From: Chiloscyllium plagiosum
Lineage: Eukaryota
Direction: 5' to 3'
Length of the DNA: 64,000 bases
Assembly (NCBI RefSeq): GCF_004010195.1
Contig: NC_057719.1
Coordinates: forward strand, 4,265,865-4,329,864
Positions 62,060 to 64,000 of this stretch are shown here, piece after piece; positions within the stretch are counted from its first letter, which is position 1, and every line of letters begins with the position of its first letter. Under the pieces are notes generated by a model. That model saw nothing but the letters and a program-made list of their open reading frames with translations, was not told where the DNA came from and searched no databases. Made by a program: the position numbers and the translations under genes.

Positions 62060-64000
62060 ACATCTCTATCTTAAATTGGAGACTTCTTACTTTTAAATGT
62101 CACCCCCTAGTTCTAGTCAAAGGGAAAATATCCTTTCAACATTCACATTATCTATTTCCCTTAGGTCTTATACAATTTCAATAAGATCACCTCTCATTCT
62201 TTTACAATGTATATAGGCCCAATCTTTTCTCTTAAAACAATGTCTTCAAGCAAGGAATCAGTCAAGTGAACCTTCACTTTCTTTTTGCAAATGCAATTAC
62301 CTTGTTTGAATAAGGAAAAGGAAACTATCGCAATAGTCCAGAAGAGATATCACCAACTCCCTGCATAATGAAAAATATCCCAACTTTTATATACCATTCC
62401 CCATGCAGTATTTGGCAACATTCTGTTTCCCTCCCTACTGACTCTACCTGCAAACTGACTTCTTGATTCAACTACCAGGACACCAAGATCACTGCATCCC
62501 TCAGAGATCTGCAATCTCTCTCCATAATACTGTCTATGTCTTTTCTGTATTTCCTGCCATAGTGGGCAAGTTTGCATTTTGCCACATTATATTCCCTTTA
62601 TCAAACTCTTATTACCTGCAGTTTTATTTCTAGCTAGTTAGAAGTATATAAGCTATTTTCTTCGTTCTTGCTCTATATATTTTTTTCTCCCAACTTATTT
62701 ATCCATTGTGATGTTTTTAGACTCTGTCCAGTCTTCTGACTAGCCATTAATCTTCACGGATTTGTGCATTTTTTTCTTTTAATTTAGTTCTAATTTCAAT
62801 TGTTTCAAATAGCCCAGGATGGCATGTCCTTCCCTAAAGGCTTACTTTCTCATTGGAATCTATCTTTGTTGAAGGTTATAAAATAATCCTTTAAATGCCT
62901 GTCAACATTTCTCTACTGTTATCTCCCTTAATTGAATTTCCCAGTTCATTTTAACTAGCTCTAATTTCACACTCTTATAATTGTTATTTGAGTTTAAAAC
63001 ATTAGGCTGTGACCCACTCCTCTCTCCCTCAGACTGAATATGAAATTCAATCATGTTATGATCTCTGTCCCCAGGCACTCTTTTCTATGAAGATCATAAA
63101 TCAAACCCATCTCATTACATATTACCAGGGACTGGATTACATGTTCTCTGGCCAGTTTTAAAATGTGCTACTCAAAGAAACTATTGTGAACATACTCCAT
63201 GAACTCCCTTCCAGATTACCTTTATCCATATCATTCATCCAATTGATCCAATGGATTAAAACATTCTACAGTATGGTCGCTACAGGAGAGCCATACTGCC
63301 ACATTTGATTTCTTACCTTTAATATTTCCTATCTCTACCCAAACTCATTCTGCATCTTATTCCTCAGAATGTCAAGATTCACTATCATTCTAATGCTACC
63401 TGTATTTATCAGAGATATCCCGCCACCTTTTCTTACCTTCCGTCCTTCTGAAATGTCATGTATCCTGAAATATTCGGGTCTCAGCCTTTGTCACCTTGCA
63501 GCCATGTCTCTATAATGACAATCAGTTCATGCATCTTTATTTCTATTTGAGCTGAAAATTCCTCCATTGTTGGGACTGCTACATGCATTCAGATACAGCA
63601 TATTTAGTTCTGTCTTGTTATTTTGTTTTGCAATATCTAGCCGAATGTGCTAGCACACTCTTAAGTTTGAGAGTTCTGCCCTTTCCTATCATGTTCTGAC
63701 TTCCGTTATCCATGTTACTACACTGTCTCGTCCTTTCTGTTTAGTTTATCACATGCTCATTCATACAATCCCTTAACAGCTCCATTTAGTTTTACACCTT
63801 TTCTGCTGATCCAAGGATATGATTATCTGAACACTGTTCCCAGAACAGCCCTGGTGTAGACCATCTCATAGTACAGCTCCCACTTCCCTTAGTACTGGTG
63901 CCAGAGTGCCATGAATTCAAAACCATTTTTCATATAGGAATCTTTCAAGTATGCATTTAACTCTATAATCTTATTTACCACTGGCTAATTTGATCATGAC
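62060..64000 (-). mobile_element. Highly decayed CR1 (3' end, tether, endonuclease, possibly ORF1 end)
   Basis: rc DLGVLV near 62480; ELVK.NW near 62950; ETWLQGD..LRPEYFRIH..FRR near 63440-63510. Confidence 0.6.

Overview
This is eukaryotic, repeat-dominated DNA, most likely from a cartilaginous fish (shark). The assignment rests on HE1/V-SINEs with (TAATC)n tails, HER1/CR1 LINEs and Deu-domain SINEs. I recognise no intact host protein-coding gene. The ORF-track entries I could assign are decayed retroelement pieces or microsatellite artefacts. The window contains CR1 LINEs (one near full length, 20270-24300), a second CR1/L2-superclade LINE with a tRNA-like 5' head and matching bipartite SINEs, Rex1/Babar, RTE, L2, a Gmr1-like Gypsy gag with a tRNA-Pro PBS, solo LTRs, a Tigger-like MITE, several minisatellites and two N gaps. 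Three observations stand out. (1) About 15 short Penelope-like insertions, most of them carrying a minimal hammerhead-ribozyme core (CUGANGA-stem II-GAAAC-GUC); many are fold-back hairpins flanked by 10-16 bp TSDs. (2) A ~14 kb nest of insertions (12180-27180) that can be peeled back layer by layer. (3) A few non-repetitive islands rich in TF motifs, some with minus-strand exon-like splice signals, suggesting an intron or gene-desert regulatory landscape. Family names come from recognition of sequence patterns, not from database searches.
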